Below are positions 60,089 through 64,000 of a stretch of DNA of 64,000 nucleotides, piece by piece. Source of the DNA: Naegleria gruberi (lineage: Eukaryota); assembly GCA_000004985.1 (NCBI GenBank), contig GG738889.1. The stretch is one strand, 5' to 3'. The position numbers and the translations under genes were made by a program. Below the pieces are notes generated by a model. The model did no database searches. It was not told where the DNA came from and saw only the letters and a program-made list of their open reading frames with translations. Position 1 is the first letter of the stretch. Every line of letters begins with the position of its first letter.

Positions 60089-62870
60089 NNNNNNNNNNNN
60101 NNNNNNNNNNNNNNNNNNNNNNNNNNNNNNNNNNNNNNNNNNNNNNNNNNNNNNNNNNNNNNNNNNNNNNNNNNNNNNNNNNNNNNNNNNNNNNNNNNNN
60201 NNNNNNNNNNNNNNNNNNNNNNNNNNNNNNNNNNNNNNNNNNNNNNNNNNNNNNNNNNNNNNNNNNNNNNNNNNNNNNNNNNNNNNNNNNNNNNNNNNNN
60301 NNNNNNNNNNNNNNNNNNNNNNNNNNNNNNNNNNNNNNNNNNNNNNNNNNNNNNNNNNNNNNNNNNNNNNNNNNNNNNNNNNNNNNNNNNNNNNNNNNNN
60401 NNNNNNNNNNNNNNNNNNNNNNNNNNNNNNNNNNNNNNNNNNNNNNNNNNNNNNNNNNNNNNNNNNNNNNNNNNNNNNNNNNNNNNNNNNNNNNNNNNNN
60501 NNNNNNNNNNNNNNNNNNNNNNNNNNNNNNNNNNNNNNNNNNNNNNNNNNNNNNNNNNNNNNNNNNNNNNNNNNNNNNNNNNNNNNNNNNNNNNNNNNNN
60601 NNNNNNNNNNNNNNNNNNNNNNNNNNNNNNNNNNNNNNNNNNNNNNNNNNNNNNNNNNNNNNNNNNNNNNNNNNNNNNNNNNNNNNNNNNNNNNNNNNNN
60701 NNNNNNNNNNNNNNNNNNNNNNNNNNNNNNNNNNNNNNNNNNNNNNNNNNNNNNNNNNNNNNNNNNNNNNNNNNNNNNNNNNNNNNNNNNNNNNNNNNNN
60801 NNNNNNNNNNNNNNNNNNNNNNNNNNNNNNNNNNNNNNNNNNNNNNNNNNNNNNNNNNNNNNNNNNNNNNNNNNNNNNNNNNNNNNNNNNNNNNNNNNNN
60901 NNNNNNNNNNNNNNNNNNNNNNNNNNNNNNNNNNNNNNNNNNNNNNNNNNNNNNNNNNNNNNNNNNNNNNNNNNNNNNNNNNNNNNNNNNNNNNNNNNNN
61001 NNNNNNNNNNNNNNNNNNNNNNNNNNNNNNNNNNNNNNNNNNNNNNNNNNNNNNNNNNNNNNNNNNNNNNNNNNNNNNNNNNNNNNNNNNNNNNNNNNNN
61101 NNNNNNNNNNNNNNNNNNNNNNNNNNNNNNNNNNNNNNNNNNNNNNNNNNNNNNNNNNNNNNNNNNNNNNNNNNNNNNNNNNNNNNNNNNNNNNNNNNNN
61201 NNNNNNNNNNNNNNNNNNNNNNNNNNNNNNNNNNNNNNNNNNNNNNNNNNNNNNNNNNNNNNNNNNNNNNNNNNNNNNNNNNNNNNNNNNNNNNNNNNNN
61301 NNNNNNNNNNNNNNNNNNNNNNNNNNNNNNNNNNNNNNNNNNNNNNNNNNNNNNNNNNNNNNNNNNNNNNNNNNNNNNNNNNNNNNNNNNNNNNNNNNNN
61401 NNNNNNNNNNNNNNNNNNNNNNNNNNNNNNNNNNNNNNNNNNNNNNNNNNNNNNNNNNNNNNNNNNNNNNNNNNNNNNNNNNNNNNNNNNNNNNNNNNNN
61501 NNNNNNNNNNNNNNNNNNNNNNNNNNNNNNNNNNNNNNNNNNNNNNNNNNNNNNNNNNNNNNNNNNNNNNNNNNNNNNNNNNNNNNNNNNNNNNNNNNNN
61601 NNNNNNNNNNNNNNNNNNNNNNNNNNNNNNNNNNNNNNNNNNNNNNNNNNNNNNNNNNNNNNNNNNNNNNNNNNNNNNNNNNNNNNNNNNNNNNNNNNNN
61701 NNNNNNNNNNNNNNNNNNNNNNNNNNNNNNNNNNNNNNNNNNNNNNNNNNNNNNNNNNNNNNNNNNNNNNNNNNNNNNNNNNNNNNNNNNNNNNNNNNNN
61801 NNNNNNNNNNNNNNNNNNNNNNNNNNNNNNNNNNNNNNNNNNNNNNNNNNNNNNNNNNNNNNNNNNNNNNNNNNNNNNNNNNNNNNNNNNNNNNNNNNNN
61901 NNNNNNNNNNNNNNNNNNNNNNNNNNNNNNNNNNNNNNNNNNNNNNNNNNNNNNNNNNNNNNNNNNNNNNNNNNNNNNNNNNNNNNNNNNNNNNNNNNNN
62001 NNNNNNNNNNNNNNNNNNNNNNNNNNNNNNNNNNNNNNNNNNNNNNNNNNNNNNNNNNNNNNNNNNNNNNNNNNNNNNNNNNNNNNNNNNNNNNNNNNNN
62101 NNNNNNNNNNNNNNNNNNNNNNNNNNNNNNNNNNNNNNNNNNNNNNNNNNNNNNNNNNNNNNNNNNNNNNNNNNNNNNNNNNNNNNNNNNNNNNNNNNNN
62201 NNNNNNNNNNNNNNNNNNNNNNNNNNNNNNNNNNNNNNNNNNNNNNNNNNNNNNNNNNNNNNNNNNNNNNNNNNNNNNNNNNNNNNNNNNNNNNNNNNNN
62301 NNNNNNNNNNNNNNNNNNNNNNNNNNNNNNNNNNNNNNNNNNNNNNNNNNNNNNNNNNNNNNNNNNNNNNNNNNNNNNNNNNNNNNNNNNNNNNNNNNNN
62401 NNNNNNNNNNNNNNNNNNNNNNNNNNNNNNNNNNNNNNNNNNNNNNNNNNNNNNNNNNNNNNNNNNNNNNNNNNNNNNNNNNNNNNNNNNNNNNNNNNNN
62501 NNNNNNNNNNNNNNNNNNNNNNNNNNNNNNNNNNNNNNNNNNNNNNNNNNNNNNNNNNNNNNNNNNNNNNNNNNNNNNNNNNNNNNNNNNNNNNNNNNNN
62601 NNNNNNNNNNNNNNNNNNNNNNNNNNNNNNNNNNNNNNNNNNNNNNNNNNNNNNNNNNNNNNNNNNNNNNNNNNNNNNNNNNNNNNNNNNNNNNNNNNNN
62701 NNNNNNNNNNNNNNNNNNNNNNNNNNNNNNNNNNNNNNNNNNNNNNNNNNNNNNNNNNNNNNNNNNNNNNNNNNNNNNNNNNNNNNNNNNNNNNNNNNNN
62801 NNNNNNNNNNNNNNNNNNNNNNNNNNNNNNNNNNNNNNNNNNNNNNNNNNNNNNNNNNNNNNNNNNNNNN
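60089..62870. other. Assembly gap (2782 N) between the last gene and the subtelomere.
   Basis: Run of N characters. Confidence 1.
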
Positions 62871-63566
62871 GATTGAAGTGATGTATTTGATAGAGTTGAT
62901 CTGACCTGTCTTTCTCTAAAGTCAACCATAATATTTCAACATTTACCTTCCCATGGTACCATTTCTGATTTTTATGATATGAAATTGAATTCTACATCAT
63001 TATATATCATCTACATCATGTTGGTAAAGTTTCAATAGGTGGTCCTTTTTCAAGATTTCCACCTTTTCATCATAGTTGACCATATGATGGTTGAGGGAAG
63101 AAATCTTTAAATATGAAAGTTAAAATAAATTTGATATTCGATGTTTACTCATCAAATGGAACATTTTCATGTCAGGATTCAATATGTTTTGATGAGAAAC
63201 TAAAAAGTTATTGTTGACCTCTTGTACTTCACAACTTCCCTTTTCACTTCATACTTTTATACCTACAGACATGAACCTTTGAAATTTCATATGAAAGTGA
63301 TTATAAATGTTGTTAATGATGATATAAACTATATAATCTCATTAAAGGATTTCGAAATTATTATTCTTCCTATGGTTTCATTTATGAAATTTTAATCTGA
63401 CTCTATTTAAAAAGTTAATATTTTATAAATTGAAAAACTAAATATACCACATTGTTCTACTCATCATTAGCTATCGAATGATATAAAATTTAATGATATT
63501 TGAATAAGTTTATAATTTTGGGTTAGGGTTTGAACGTTGGGTTTAGAAGAATTCTATTTTTAGGTT
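62871..63566. other. AT-rich, ORF-free subtelomeric sequence. It ends in a degenerate telomere-like transition (TTGGGTTAGGGTTTGAACGTTGGGTTTAGAAG...TAGGTTTTGGG).
   Basis: No ORF of 60 aa or more. Contains a 10-bp inverted repeat ACTCATCAAA...TTTGATGAGA at 63140-63200. Telomere-like variant units, including a TTAGGG-type unit GGGTTA, start at about 63517. Confidence 0.7.
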
Positions 63567-64000
63567 TTGGGTTTGGGTTTGGGTTTGGGTTTGGGTTTGG
63601 GTTTGGGTTTGGGTTTGGGTTTGGGTTTGGGTTTGGGTTTGGGTTTGGGTTTGGGTTTGGGTTTGGGTTTGGGTTTGGGTTTGGGTTTGGGTTTGGGTTT
63701 GGGTTTGGGTTTGGGTTTGGGTTTGGGTTTGGGTTTGGGTTTGGGTTTGGGTTTGGGTTTGGGTTTGGGTTTGGGTTTGGGTTTGGGTTTGGGTTTGGGT
63801 TTGGGTTTGGGTTTGGGTTTGGGTTTGGGTTTGGGTTTGGGTTTGGGTTTGGGTTTGGGTTTGGGTTTGGGTTTGGGTTTGGGTTTGGGTTTGGGTTTGG
63901 GTTTGGGTTGGGTTTGGGTTTGGGTTTGGGTTTGGGTTTGGGTTTGGGTTTGGGTTTGGGTTTGGGTTTGGGTTTGGGTTTGGGTTTGGGTTTGGGTTGG
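63567..64000 (+). repeat. Telomeric repeat array (TTTGGG)n of about 72 units. The G-rich strand runs 5'->3' toward the window end.
   Basis: Perfect GGGTTT hexamer tandem array from 63567 to the window end. One 5-mer variant (GGGTT) lies at about 63905. It is preceded by a degenerate transition and sits at a scaffold end after the gap. Confidence 0.85.

Noticed and set aside
63567-64000. (GGGTTT)n as an ordinary internal microsatellite.
   Set aside because: It has terminal position, about 72 near-perfect units, outward 5'->3' G-strand orientation, a degenerate transition zone with TTAGGG-like variants, and a preceding gene-free AT-rich block. These all fit a telomere better.
1-64000. Ciliate nuclear code (TAA/TAG as Gln), prompted by the TTTGGG/TTGGGG-like telomere.
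   Set aside because: Long ORFs are intact under the standard code and end in TAA (cyclase, P450, carrier). Introns are 40-94 nt rather than 20-30 nt.
1-64000. Prokaryotic features (operons, CRISPR arrays, defence islands).
   Set aside because: The sequence is eukaryotic: spliceosomal introns, a telomere, a Pol III-terminated tRNA and 5S gene, and eukaryotic domain architectures. No direct-repeat/spacer arrays are present.

Overview
This is a 64-kb, AT-rich eukaryotic nuclear window. It is gene-dense, with roughly one gene per 2.5 kb, and intron-poor. It ends in a (TTTGGG)n telomeric array at 63567-64000, so the right edge is a chromosome or scaffold terminus. The ORF track marks TTG and GTG starts with M, so I checked starts and moved them to true ATGs where needed. 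I infer eight genes are split by short introns of 40-94 nt, with GTAAGT/GTATGT/GTACGT donors, CTAAC-like branch points and YAG acceptors. That intron style fits a fungus or fungus-like lineage. Other fungal-type features are a GAL4-type Zn(II)2Cys6 transcription factor, a dispersed 5S rRNA gene, microsomal P450s and a TNP2/DUF4218-like transposase. Poly-N/Q low complexity and several G-protein/cAMP signalling genes also fit Amoebozoa-like protists. I cannot name the organism.

Main content, left to right:
- Giant secreted NST-sequon, G8, EGF and VWD surface protein (partial).
- Secreted FG-GAP/NHL beta-propeller protein.
- Two-exon Zn2Cys6 transcription factor.
- Ca-binding mitochondrial carrier (EF-hand exon plus carrier exon).
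- Three-exon P450.
- START-like protein.
- DUF4116-repeat protein.
- F-box/LRR protein.
- RGS+START protein.
- 1783-aa polytopic sensor adenylyl cyclase.
- F-box protein.
- tRNA-Glu(TTC).
- Three-His-box desaturase/hydroxylase.
- 7TM-RGS-like receptor, followed by a pseudogene fragment of the carrier gene.
- Membrane-anchored P-loop NTPase.
- Three-exon EF-hand protein.
- 5S rRNA gene.
- Partial transposase-like gene next to an N-gap.
- Intronless P450 preceded by TGACG-motif and GTGTGAA-palindrome clusters.
- Pro-rich decapeptide-repeat membrane protein.
- Frameshifted PfkB kinase.
- Second 7TM-RGS receptor.
- SAM-methyltransferase.
- Three hypothetical genes.
- A 2.8-kb gap, a 0.7-kb AT-rich subtelomere, then the telomere.

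The four N-gaps (4253-4719, 45726-46281, 58842-58891, 60089-62870) limit interpretation.
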